A stretch of 64,000 nt of DNA, taken from contig CAVVKJ010000008.1 in assembly GCA_963748815.1 (NCBI GenBank), positions 151,102 to 215,101 on the forward strand, in the 5' to 3' direction. The stretch is from an uncultured Gemmatimonadales bacterium (GTDB lineage Bacteria; Gemmatimonadota; Gemmatimonadetes; Gemmatimonadales; GWC2-71-9). Of this stretch, positions 45,512 through 55,046 are shown piece after piece; positions within the stretch are counted from its first letter, which is position 1; the number at the start of each line of letters is the position of its first letter. The notes below the pieces were generated by a model. The model was not told the origin of the DNA. It was given only the letters and a program-made list of their open reading frames with translations, and searched no databases. A program made the position numbers and the translations under genes.

Positions 45512-46066
45512 ATGTCTGCCAATTTTCGTCGGCCCCTGGCCGCGTCATTCTTCGGTTCAGCGTTCGTACTCGTTGCCATTTCCATCTCATCCTCCCCCGT
45601 CGCCGCGCAGGTATCCGGCGCCGTCGTCATCAACAGCGGCCCCGTGCGGGGCCGGGTTGCCGTCGGCGAGCCCGTCTTCCTGCCGCGTCCCGTCATCATC
45701 TATCAGCCGGTGCGCGGCCGGCGCGTCGAGGTGGCGCGCTACGCCCCCCAGGTGGTGTACGTCGAGCGTGCCCATGGACGGAACGGCAAGTCCGCTCGAT
45801 GGTATCAGAGGCACGGGTATCGGCCGGTGACCCTCTTCTATTCGCAGGGCCGTTACTTCACGCAGGTCTTCTCGGCGCGCGGCTACCGCGGGGGCCCACA
45901 GTTCATCGCCGTGACTGCGTGGGAGCGGCGTGGGCGGTTCTACCTCGAAGCTGGCGGGCAGCCGGATCGCTACGGATACACCAGCAGCTATGACGAGCAT
46001 TCGTCCCACGGGTATGTGTATCAGGATGACCGCCCGAACGGCGACGGCCGGGACTGGGACGATTAA
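45512..46066 (+). CDS. Secreted hypothetical protein, Arg/Tyr-rich
   Basis: GGAGG RBS; signal peptide ending VAAQ. Confidence 0.7.
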   Translation: MSANFRRPLAASFFGSAFVLVAISISSSPVAAQVSGAVVINSGPVRGRVAVGEPVFLPRPVIIYQPVRGRRVEVARYAPQVVYVERAHGRNGKSARWYQRHGYRPVTLFYSQGRYFTQVFSARGYRGGPQFIAVTAWERRGRFYLEAGGQPDRYGYTSSYDEHSSHGYVYQDDRPNGDGRDWDD

Positions 46067-46090
46067 CCGGGGCCGGAAGGCCCCACTTTC

Positions 46091-46163
46091 CGCCTCAACA
46101 GAGGCGTTGCCATAGATGCAGTACCAGGGGGCGGATCCCGGCGAAGGTGCCGGGGTTCGCCCC
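46091..46163 (+). repeat. Structured direct repeat, copy 1
   Basis: Shares a 27-nt identical core ACCAGGGGGCGGATCCCGGCGAAGGTG and two hairpins with copy 2 (offset 932). Confidence 0.85.
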
Positions 46164-46236
46164 ACTGGGTTTCACCAGGGTTTCTGGCACCTGAGCGAGG
46201 TGCGGTCGGCTCACACGTTGAGTCTCGGAGGTTGCC

Positions 46237-46983
46237 ATGCGTTTGCACCTGATGCTCGCGTGCCTGGCCCTGATGCCGGATGGCTGCGAGTCGGGGCCTT
46301 CGGCCGTCAAGTCACTCTATCCCTTGGTGTCCGACAGCGCTGCGAGCTGTGAGCCGGTGCTCACCGGGGCCTGGGTCCGCGATGCCGATTCCACCGGCCC
46401 GGTGGTGTGGGTCGTCCTGGGCAGCGATCCATCCGATTCCACCTGCACCCTCGAATTGGTCTTGAGTGATAGCAGCGTTGCCCGGGCTGTGCTGGACACC
46501 CCTGAAGGACGGTGGCTCCAGGGGGACAGCACGACCAGAGCCGAAATGGACGTGGAGATGCGGCGACGCGGGAGATGTATCTGGCCGACCAGTCGAAGCT
46601 CGAAGCGCTGCTGGAACCTAGGAGGAGGGCGATTCCGCGCTGATTCACGGTTTGGGAGGTTCGGGCGGTTCGGCGCGGGGCGTACCTCTTTCTCGATATT
46701 TCCCGTGATGAGGTCCAGGCTTCGCCTTGGGGGGACACTCCGATCCGCACGCATTGGCTGTGGAGGGCCGACCTGGAAGCGGATCGCCTGACCTTGAAGC
46801 AGTTCGAGCCGAATCTGGCTCCAGGCGATGTCGGACTCAGGGCGTGTCATGGTCGCGCACGCGGAGCTCGATGGAGAATTTGTATTGACGGCGCGAGGGG
46901 AGGAGCTTGTCGCGCTCATGGAGCGGTTCGCAGCCGACACCGAGGCCTTTCCGGAGCACGGGGCGATCCACCTTCGAAGGTAG
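46237..46983 (+). pseudogene. Lipoprotein-like hypothetical gene with frameshifts
   Basis: GGAGG RBS and signal peptide, SLYPLV..EPVLTGAW; the reading continues in another frame to ...FVLTARGEELVALMERFAADTEAF...-TAG 46983. Confidence 0.5.
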
Positions 46984-47022
46984 GGGAAGCTTGAGCCGAG
47001 GCGTCGGACCCGGCGCGCTTCC

Positions 47023-47095
47023 CGTCGCACGAGCGGCGTAGTCATCAAGGCAGGACCAGGGGGCGGATCCCGGCGAAGGTGACGGGGGTTCGCCC
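47023..47095 (+). repeat. Structured direct repeat, copy 2
   Basis: Aligns to 46091-46163; followed by TCTTT. Confidence 0.85.
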
Positions 47096-47234
47096 TCTTT
47101 GCGTCCATTACGCAATTGTGACAACTCTACTTGCATATCGAGCCGGCACCATGTATATGTGGGGAAGGAACCGCCTTCAGGCTATTCCGGTCCACGAGTT
47201 CGGCACCCTCTACCCCCTTCTGAGGTCGCGCTCG

Positions 47235-48957
47235 ATGAAATACCCTTTCCAGACGCTGCGGATGGCAGCAATGACGGTCGCCCTGGTGTCCCTCGCGGCA
47301 CCGCCCCCAGTCTCGGCGCAGCAAACGTCCAAGAAGCCCAACATCCTCTTCATCATGGGCGATGATATCGGCATCATGAACGTCGGCGCCTACCACCGGG
47401 GCCTGATGGTCGGGGAGACGCCCAACATCGACCGCATCGCGCGCGAAGGCACGCTGTTCATGACGGCCTACGCGGAACAGAGCTGCACCGCCGGACGCAC
47501 CTCATTCATCACCGGCATGAACCCCTTGCGGGCTGGCATGATCATGCCGCAACTGCCGGGATCCAGTACTTCCCTGCTGCCAGGCACGCCGGATCTCGCC
47601 GTGTTTCTGCGTGATCTCGGGTACAACACGGGCGAATTCGGCAAGAACCACTTGGGCGACAAGACGAACTCCCTGCCAACGGCCCATGGCTTCCAGGAGT
47701 TCTGGGGCTACCTGTACCACCTGGATGCGATGCAGGGGGTCAGCTTCCCGGACATCAACAGCAGCCCCACGGTGCAGGCCGTTGTGCCACCCTGCAAGAA
47801 CACGCCGGTCCCCGGTCTCTCCGAGTCCCGTGGGTGCAGTGGATCCAACGACCACGTTCTGCATGACGCCACCCCGGCCTGTCATCTGGTGCACCTCGTC
47901 GGACGGCACCGAGAAGAACCAGAGCTGCAAGGACGAGGGGCCGCTCACCCTGGAGCGCTCGACGACCGTTGATGAGGAAATTTCAGCCAAGGTCATCGAC
48001 TACCTTGATCGCAATGACCCGAAGAAGACCAACAAGCCATTCTTCGTCTGGTACAACCCGGCCCGCATGCACATCACCACGATGCTCTCGCCGAAGTACC
48101 TGGCGATGCTGGGTAACAAGGGCGGCAAGGACTGGGGCATCAACGAAGTCGGCATGAAGCAGATGGATGACAACATCGGCTTGGTGCTGGCCAAGCTGGA
48201 GGCGATGGGGCAATTGGACAACACCATCGTCGTCTTCACCACGGACAACGGGGCCGAGGTCATCACCTACCCGGACGGCGGGGTCACCCCATTCCGGGGC
48301 GGCAAGCTGACCACCTGGGAAGGCGGCATGCGAGTCCCGATGATGGCCCGTTGGCCCGGACACATCCCGGCGGGCACCACCAACGACCAGATCTTCTCGA
48401 TGTTGGATTGGTTGCCCACCCTCGTCAACATCGCTGGTGGCCCGACTGGTGACGGACTGAAGAAGCAGATCGAGGCCGGCAAGTATCCCGGCATTATCAA
48501 GACGACGCTCGATGGCTTCGACCAGCGCGCCTACCTGGAGGGCAAGGGCGAATCCGCGCGCGACCACCTCTTCTACTACAGCGGGACGCATCCCTCGGCG
48601 GTGCGATACAAGAACTGGAAGTTCTACTACGCCATGGCACCCTCGGACGCCACCGGCGGCCTGTTGGGGGTTCAGTCCTTTCACTGGACGCAGGTCGGCA
48701 ACCTCAAGCGGGATCCGTTCGAGGCGGCCGTCGGCGCCAGCCAGTTGACCCTCCTGGGCATGGGTGGTGCCCTGGCCGCGCCGAGCACGGCGTACATCTA
48801 CGACTGGAACCTGTTGCCCATTGGCCAGATGCTGTGGATGAAGGAGCTGATGACCTACAAGCAGTTCCCCGCGCTCCAGACTCCGTCGAGCTACAACCTC
48901 GATCAGATCATCCAGGAAATGCAGGAGTCGAAGACTGGCAGCCACGCGGGCGAGTAG
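47235..48957 (+). CDS. Arylsulfatase (Cys-type); +1 frameshift near 47826-47832
   Basis: KPNILFIMGDDIG, SCTAGR, GKNHLG; second frame FTTDNG, WEGGMRVP; ORFs 47079..47972 and 47611..48957. Confidence 0.9.
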
Positions 48958-48986
48958 CGTCCGCGGGCCATCATTCAGCAGGCAGG

Positions 48987-49015
48987 CGGGCGCCCGAGTT
49001 CCGGACGCCCGTTTT
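48987..49015 (+). terminator. Terminator-like hairpin
   Basis: cgggcgcccg-agttc-cggacgcccg followed by TTTT. Confidence 0.5.
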
Positions 49016-49049
49016 GCCAGCACTTGCCACCCGATTGTGAGGCATCGAG

Positions 49050-50078
49050 ATGACATTCCCTGGAAGGGCACTTCGCCTTGGTGCGGTCGCTCTCGGGGGC
49101 GTGCTGTTGATTGGCCGGCCCACGGCCGTCACGGCACAGGCCAACCCGCTGCCATCGTGGAATGACGGCGCCGCCAAGGCCGCCATCATCGAGTTCGTGG
49201 ACGCGACCACGAAAAAGGGCTCCCCCGCGTTTGTGCCCGAGGCCGAGCGCATCGCCACCTTCGACAACGACGGCACGCTCTGGGTCGAACATCCCATCTA
49301 CACGCAGCTGGTTTTCGTCCTGGACCGGGTGCCGGCAGTTGTGAAGGCCACGCCGGCACTCGCCGGCCAGGAACCGTTCAAGACGGTGATGTCCGGAGAC
49401 CGAGCGGCGATCTCAAGGCTGGGGATGGAAGACCTGATGAAGCTGTTCGCGGCCACCTCGACGGGCATGACGGTGGAGCAGTTCCAGTCGGAGGCCAAGG
49501 CCTGGTTCGCGAGCGCAAGGGATCCGCGGTGGAAGAAGCCGTACACGGACCTGGCCTACCAGCCGATGGTGGAGCTGCTGCGGTATCTCCGCGCCAACGG
49601 CTACAAGACGTACATCGTGACGGGCGGAGGACAGGACTTCGTCCGGACCATCTCCGAGCAGGCCTACGGCATTCCGCCGGAGCAGGTGATCGGCACCGCG
49701 GGAACGACGACGTACGGCCATGACAAGAGCGGCATGGCGGTGCTGACGAAGGACCCGAAGGTCATGCTGAATGACAACAATGAGGGCAAGGCCGAAGGGA
49801 TCCATCTCATGATCGGCCGCCGGCCTCACTTTGCGTTCGGGAACACCAGCGGCGACCAGCAGATGCTCGAATACACCGGCACCGGCGACGGCGCCCGCCT
49901 GTCGATGCTGCTCCTGCACGACGACGCCACGCGGGAATATGCATACGGGCCGGCCCGCGGCCTGCCAGACTCAAAGGTCGGCACCTTCTCCGTCGCGCTG
50001 GACAGCCTCGCGAAGGCGCGGGGGTGGACGGTTGTGAGCATGAAGCGGGATTGGAAGCGGATCTTCGCGTTCGAGTAG
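49050..50078 (+). CDS. Secreted HAD family hydrolase (acid phosphatase-like)
   Basis: LPSWNDG, FDNDGTLW, IVTGGG, FGNTSGD. Confidence 0.88.
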   Translation: MTFPGRALRLGAVALGGVLLIGRPTAVTAQANPLPSWNDGAAKAAIIEFVDATTKKGSPAFVPEAERIATFDNDGTLWVEHPIYTQLVFVLDRVPAVVKATPALAGQEPFKTVMSGDRAAISRLGMEDLMKLFAATSTGMTVEQFQSEAKAWFASARDPRWKKPYTDLAYQPMVELLRYLRANGYKTYIVTGGGQDFVRTISEQAYGIPPEQVIGTAGTTTYGHDKSGMAVLTKDPKVMLNDNNEGKAEGIHLMIGRRPHFAFGNTSGDQQMLEYTGTGDGARLSMLLLHDDATREYAYGPARGLPDSKVGTFSVALDSLAKARGWTVVSMKRDWKRIFAFE

Positions 50079-50095
50079 CATCGGCGCAAATTGAC

Positions 50096-50121
50096 TGGAC
50101 CCCCGCTTTCGCGGGGGTGAC
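50096..50121 (-). repeat. REP-like palindrome
   Basis: Minus strand GTCACCCCCGCGAAAGCGGGGGTCCA. Confidence 0.55.
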
Positions 50122-50228
50122 ACCATCGCTACCATCCTTCCCCGCTGCCCCCGGACCGTTGGTAGTCATACGGGCAGCAATCGACTCGACGCCCGGGAGT
50201 CGCGGGAGGTGACACGCCATCGATACCG

Positions 50229-50270
50229 CGCGTCCCCGCTTCCCGCTCCCCGCTTCCCCGCTGCCCCGCC
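50229..50270. repeat. Degenerate CCCCGCTT octamer repeat
   Basis: cgcgtccccgcttcccgctccccgcttccccgctgccccgcc just upstream of the helicase. Confidence 0.7.
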
Positions 50271-50282
50271 TATCTTTCGCCC

Positions 50283-52904
50283 GTGCATCCCACACGGAAC
50301 CACTTCCTCCCCCCCGATCCCGACGCCTTCAAGCGGGAACGCCCCTCGAAGGGGCGCATCATCGTCATTGCCCCCACCCGCGCCGCCTGCGAAACCATCG
50401 AGTTGGCCCTCGGCCTGACCGGCGTGGACACGGTGCTGGAACGGGAGCACGGCGCGGAACTCCGCGACTGGGCGCTCGGCGGCAAGGGGTTCGGCATCGT
50501 GGCCGGTACCGGCACGGGTAAAACGCTGGGCATCCGGCCGGTGGCGGAGTCGATCCTCGGGGAGTCGCTCCGGGTCGGCGTCGTCAACCGCGAACGCGAG
50601 GCCACGCCGGATACGCCGACCTGGAACGTGGTCATCGTCACCACCGGCATTGCGCGGCGGTGGTTTCAGGACGAGCTGATTACCCGCCACGATACGGTGG
50701 TGGTGGATGAAATCCACCAGACCTCCGCCGAGCTGGAGCTCTGCCTGGCGCTCGGCAAGCGCGCCGGCGTGCGGTTCATCTGGCTCAGCGCCACCGTGGA
50801 CCCCACGTTCTATTCCGCGTACCTGAACAGCGCCAACGTGCTGGAGACGGCGGCGTTCGATCCCGCCCTCCGCGCCCGCGTGCGGGTCGAATCGAAGCAG
50901 GCCGAGGAGTTCTTCGACGAGCGCTTCATGCGGCACCTGATCCAGCAGAAGCGCGGCGTGGCGGTGTTTGTGCCGACCCGGCGCGAGGTTGAGCAGCTCG
51001 CGGCCGATCTCGGTGCCCGGTACCCGAAACTGAACGCCGCCTTCTACCATGGTGGCGAGCCGATCCGCGTCATTCGCCAGTTCCTCGAGGGCGATCCTCC
51101 CAAGCCGTTCCTGCTGGCCATGACCGCCGCGGGGCAGTCCGCCATCAACGTGCGCGGGCTCGACACCGTGGTCATCTACGACGCCCGCTACGGCAACGTG
51201 GTGGAGCGAGGCCGGAACGTGCTGCACCGGCTCTACCTCGGCGCCAACGAGATTCTCCAGATGGCGGGGCGGGTCCACGGCCGGGTGGCCCAGGGCGAGG
51301 TGTACATCCTCTCCGATCGGCGGATGAACTTCGAGGAACTGGTGCCGGGTCCGCCGGAGTTCCAGCTGGCGGGTGACGCCGAGCGGGTGGCGATCACCTG
51401 CGCCTCCATCGGGGTGGACGCCGCCGACCTGGAGTTGCCGGTGCCGCTCGACAAGACGGCGTACCGGCGCGCGATGGCGACGCTGATCGACCGCGGGCTG
51501 ATCAAGGATGGACGGCTCACGCCGTACGGCCGGGAGGTCGAGGCGATGCCGGTCGAGCGGCCGTGGGGCGAACTCCTGGTGCGGGCCGATCCGGAGCTGG
51601 TCCCGCTGGTGGCCACCGCGGCCAATATCGATTCGCTGCACCGGATGACGCGCGACGAGCGGGATCTCCACGGGCTGGTCGCGAACGGGAGCGATCACCT
51701 GACCGCGGCGAATGTCTATGCCGAGGCGGTCAACCAGCACGGCTATCTCGGCGAAGTCTACGGATTGCCGCGCCATCTCTTCGAGGAGGGGCTGACGGAG
51801 TGGGCGGAGAAGCGTGGCGTGCTGGTCAAGTCGGTGGAGGACACCGCCCTTGGCGTGGCCGCGGTGTACCGCGCGCTGGAGGTCCCCCTGCCGAAGACGA
51901 TGCCCTATGCGTCCAAGGAGCTGCGGACGCGTTTCGTCGAGCTGGTCGCGCGGGTGATGCCGTTTGACCTTGTCATCGATGAACACACGGTGGATGGGAC
52001 CGAGGCGCGGATTTCGAAGACCTCGATGGCCGGAAGTTGGGGAGCGGTGGCGGGGAATCTCCGGTTCTTCGGGGACCGAAACGGCATTGCCCGGGCCGGG
52101 ATCGAGGGGACCACCATTTCGTATGACCTGATCCGGAAGAACGCCCGGAGAGGGCAGCCGACCATCAGTGTCTCCGGCGCGCGGAAGCACCGGCACCTGG
52201 CGGTATCCCGCCGGCTGACCTACTTCGGCTTCGAGCTCGAAACAATCATGGAGGAACTCCGCGGCGCGGTGCCGCCCGACTTGCAGGAGCAAGCCCGGGA
52301 CGCGCTGGCCGATGCGCTGATGTCTGGCGATACGCCCCACCCCGACCAGGGGCGGATCCGCCGCGCGCTCTCGGAGCTTGGCGAGCTCTGGCGCCGCTCC
52401 GGAGGCACCCTGGAGCAGGCGGCGACGGCGTCGCTGCGTCCCCGGATTCGAGAGGCGCTGGCCGAGGTGTCGAGCTGGCAGGAGTTCCTCGGTGTGCGGG
52501 TGGCGCTCGACGCCGATGCGCTGGTCGATGGCGCGACCCGGGCCCGGCTGCTGGAGCTCCCGTCGATGGTGCGCCTCCTGGGGGACGCGGTCCCCCTCGA
52601 CTACGAAGTGGAGGACGGCGAGGGCGTGGTCGTGCTGCGGCTCCGGGAGGGGCAGCTCCGTCGGCTCAAGGAGGAGGACCTCCCGAAGGTGGACCGGCCG
52701 CTGCGGTTGGCCGTCATGCGAGGGCAGAAACCCGCGTTGCGGGGCCGCACGCTCGATGAGCTTCGGGATGCCATCCAGAATGAGCCGAGGGAGCGGCGGG
52801 GCCGGCACACCGAGTTCCGCGGCCCGAAGCGTGGCGGGGGTGGCGGTGGACGGGGTGGCGGCCGTGGCGGGCGACCAGGGCGAGGGGGGAAACGGGGCCG
52901 CTGA
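50283..52904 (+). CDS. SF2 DExH-box (HrpA/HrpB-like) helicase with RGG tail
   Basis: GTGTGKT, TTG, VVDEIH, SAT, VFVPTRREVE, QMAGRVHGR; C-terminal RGG repeats. Confidence 0.88.
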   Translation: MHPTRNHFLPPDPDAFKRERPSKGRIIVIAPTRAACETIELALGLTGVDTVLEREHGAELRDWALGGKGFGIVAGTGTGKTLGIRPVAESILGESLRVGVVNREREATPDTPTWNVVIVTTGIARRWFQDELITRHDTVVVDEIHQTSAELELCLALGKRAGVRFIWLSATVDPTFYSAYLNSANVLETAAFDPALRARVRVESKQAEEFFDERFMRHLIQQKRGVAVFVPTRREVEQLAADLGARYPKLNAAFYHGGEPIRVIRQFLEGDPPKPFLLAMTAAGQSAINVRGLDTVVIYDARYGNVVERGRNVLHRLYLGANEILQMAGRVHGRVAQGEVYILSDRRMNFEELVPGPPEFQLAGDAERVAITCASIGVDAADLELPVPLDKTAYRRAMATLIDRGLIKDGRLTPYGREVEAMPVERPWGELLVRADPELVPLVATAANIDSLHRMTRDERDLHGLVANGSDHLTAANVYAEAVNQHGYLGEVYGLPRHLFEEGLTEWAEKRGVLVKSVEDTALGVAAVYRALEVPLPKTMPYASKELRTRFVELVARVMPFDLVIDEHTVDGTEARISKTSMAGSWGAVAGNLRFFGDRNGIARAGIEGTTISYDLIRKNARRGQPTISVSGARKHRHLAVSRRLTYFGFELETIMEELRGAVPPDLQEQARDALADALMSGDTPHPDQGRIRRALSELGELWRRSGGTLEQAATASLRPRIREALAEVSSWQEFLGVRVALDADALVDGATRARLLELPSMVRLLGDAVPLDYEVEDGEGVVVLRLREGQLRRLKEEDLPKVDRPLRLAVMRGQKPALRGRTLDELRDAIQNEPRERRGRHTEFRGPKRGGGGGGRGGGRGGRPGRGGKRGR

Positions 52905-53417
52905 TCAGGGGAGGAGCGCAAGCCAGAGGCGGTGGTAAGCCTCATGGACTGCTTCTTCGGGTGCCCCCAGGTGGAGCGAGAGCTGGAATCCCTCGAGGGC
53001 CGCCTCCGCGAGGAGCGCTTCGTCCGGCCGGAGCGAGGAAACGCCAAGGGCGCGACCGATGGCGGCGCCGAGCGCGGTCAACCGATCTGACGCCGCCGGC
53101 GGCAGTGAGATCTCGGGCTCGGCAACCAGGGCAGCCCAGGCACTCCACGCTCCGGAGCGTACCTCGACCTCCAGGGCCTCCCAGAGCCGATCCAGCGCCT
53201 CGGCGCCCGAGTCCTCGAGGGCTGTCAGACGCCGAGCCGTTCGTTCGCGGTGGAGGTTACTCGCCACGACCGAGAGCAGTCGTCTCTTGCTTCCGTGGTG
53301 GTATGAGATCAGGCCTTTGGCGCAGCCGGCTTCGGCGGCAACGCGGTCCACACTCCATTTCTGAAGACCGTCCCTGAGCAGCACAGCGGCGGCGGCGGTG
53401 GCGATGTAGTCTTTCAA
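52905..53417 (-). CDS. TetR/AcrR family regulator
   Basis: SVDRVAAEAGCAKGLISYHHGSK HTH. Confidence 0.85.
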   Translation of the reverse strand: MKDYIATAAAAVLLRDGLQKWSVDRVAAEAGCAKGLISYHHGSKRRLLSVVASNLHRERTARRLTALEDSGAEALDRLWEALEVEVRSGAWSAWAALVAEPEISLPPAASDRLTALGAAIGRALGVSSLRPDEALLAEAALEGFQLSLHLGAPEEAVHEAYHRLWLALLP

Positions 53418-53444
53418 GTCGTTACTCCTGAAATATTTACAAAC

Positions 53445-53462
53445 TGACTGAACGGTCAGTCA
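53445..53462. promoter_or_regulatory. Palindromic operator, probable TetR site
   Basis: TGACTGA-ACGG-TCAGTCA perfect 7-bp arms between divergent tetR and eamA, overlapping a CATAAT -10-like box. Confidence 0.7.
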
Positions 53463-53486
53463 TAATATCGGATCGAGGGCTCTGCT

Positions 53487-54404
53487 TTGCAAGTCGGCGT
53501 CCATCTCCTGCTCTTCCTCGTTCAGATTCTCTTCGCGAGCCTGGCGATCGTCGGCAAGATCGTCCTCCGGGACTTTCCCGCTGGCTCGATCGTGCTGTTT
53601 CGCGTTGTGGGCGCGGCCGGAGTCCTCCTACTCGTCAACCTGATCTGGACCCGTCGCTGGGTCCGAGATCGTCGGGACCTGCTGGGCCTCGCGGTGTTGG
53701 GGCTCCTCGGCGTGGTACTGAACCAGACGCTCTTCCTGCTCGGCCTCAGTCATACCACCGCCATCAACGCCACCATCCTCGTCACCACCATCCCGGTGTT
53801 CACCGTCCTGTACTCTGTGGTGAGCAAGCGGGAACCGCCCTCCGCGCTCAAGTTCGGTGGCATCGCCGTGGCGGGCGCCGGCGCGGTCTACCTGATCGGA
53901 CCGGACCGGCTGTCGCTGGCCCCCGACCTGGCGCTGGGCAACCTGCTCATCGTCGTGGCGATGTTCTGCTATTCGCTCTACCTCGTCCACTCGAAGGCGA
54001 TGGTCCTCAAGTATGGCCCGGTCACCGTCAGCGCCTACGTGATGATGTTCAGCGCCATCGGCACCCTGCCGCTCGGCCTCTCCGGCCTCGCGACCGTCGA
54101 CCTCGCCGCCATACGACCGGTCACCTGGATGTGGGTCATCTACGTGGTCGTGTTCCCGACGATCGTGGCGTACTTCCTCAATATCTGGGCGCTGAAGAAG
54201 GTCTCCCCCAACCTCGTGGCGGTGTACATCTACCTGCAGCCGCTGTTCACCGCGGCGGTGGCTCCCGCCGTCCTGACCGGCGAGCAGGTCACCACCCGGG
54301 CCGCCATTGCGGGGGCCGCGATCTTCCTTGGCCTGGCGCTGGTGATTCTGGGTGAGCGCGTTCAAAATCGAGTTGTGCCAGCCCAAGTGCTGCCTGGTGA
54401 GTAG
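53487..54404 (+). CDS. DMT/EamA family transporter
   Basis: About 10 hydrophobic segments in two repeats; GLSHTTAINATIL, YIYLQPLF. Confidence 0.9.
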   Translation: MQVGVHLLLFLVQILFASLAIVGKIVLRDFPAGSIVLFRVVGAAGVLLLVNLIWTRRWVRDRRDLLGLAVLGLLGVVLNQTLFLLGLSHTTAINATILVTTIPVFTVLYSVVSKREPPSALKFGGIAVAGAGAVYLIGPDRLSLAPDLALGNLLIVVAMFCYSLYLVHSKAMVLKYGPVTVSAYVMMFSAIGTLPLGLSGLATVDLAAIRPVTWMWVIYVVVFPTIVAYFLNIWALKKVSPNLVAVYIYLQPLFTAAVAPAVLTGEQVTTRAAIAGAAIFLGLALVILGERVQNRVVPAQVLPGE

Positions 54405-54578
54405 TCCGCAGGCCCCTGTCCACACGGTGGAGAGGGGGTGGGGAGTGAGGTGAAACGTCGCTGGCTCGTATTATTGAGCTAACATACTGTGATATCATCA
54501 TGTTAGAACAGATTTGAAGTGGGTCGCAGCCGTGTCTCTCATTGAAACCTTTTTCGCTGCTCTGGCGTATCATCCCCT

Positions 54579-55046
54579 ATGAACGCCCCACAGACTTCTC
54601 ATCCGACGCCCCTGCCGTCCGTCTTCTCTCCCCTCGCCAAGGCCCTGCTGGACGGCTTTAGCGAGGGGGTCGTCGTCTTCGACGCCGCCGGTCGGGTGCT
54701 CTATGCCAACAGCCAGGCTCGCGCCCAGCTGGAAGGCGACACCGACCTCGGCACTGAAACCGCCGAGGACCTGCAGCCACGCCTTGCCGCCATCGGCGGC
54801 CGGATCCGCCCGCTCAGGGTGGGCTCCCTCGAGCTCGGCGAGGCGCTCTTCCTCCCGGCGGTCGAAGGGCCGACGACGTTGGCGGCCCGCGAGAAGGATG
54901 CGATCGTCGCCTCGCTCGACGCGCACGGCTGGAAGCTGGCCGAAACGGCCAAGAGCCTCGGGATCAGTCGCACGACCCTCTGGCGCCGGTTGAAAGCGTA
55001 CGGCCTCCATCGTGACGGGCGGAGCCGGTGGGCGTCGGCTTCCTAA
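54579..55046 (+). CDS. Small PAS-like plus Fis-type HTH regulator
   Basis: EGVVVFDAAGRVLYAN and ETAKSLGISRTTLWRRLKAYG. Confidence 0.85.
   Translation: MNAPQTSHPTPLPSVFSPLAKALLDGFSEGVVVFDAAGRVLYANSQARAQLEGDTDLGTETAEDLQPRLAAIGGRIRPLRVGSLELGEALFLPAVEGPTTLAAREKDAIVASLDAHGWKLAETAKSLGISRTTLWRRLKAYGLHRDGRSRWASAS

Noticed and set aside
47010..47060. HDV-like ribozyme in repeat copy 2 (GCG-CTTCCCGT-CGC)
   Set aside because: P1/P2 pairings not found and copy 1 does not keep the pattern
46063..47100. Integron attC sites
   Set aside because: No paired RYYYAAC/GTTRRRY ends and no integrase in the window
54461..54480. Sigma54 promoter TGGCTCGTATTATTG
   Set aside because: No GC at the required GG-N10-GC position
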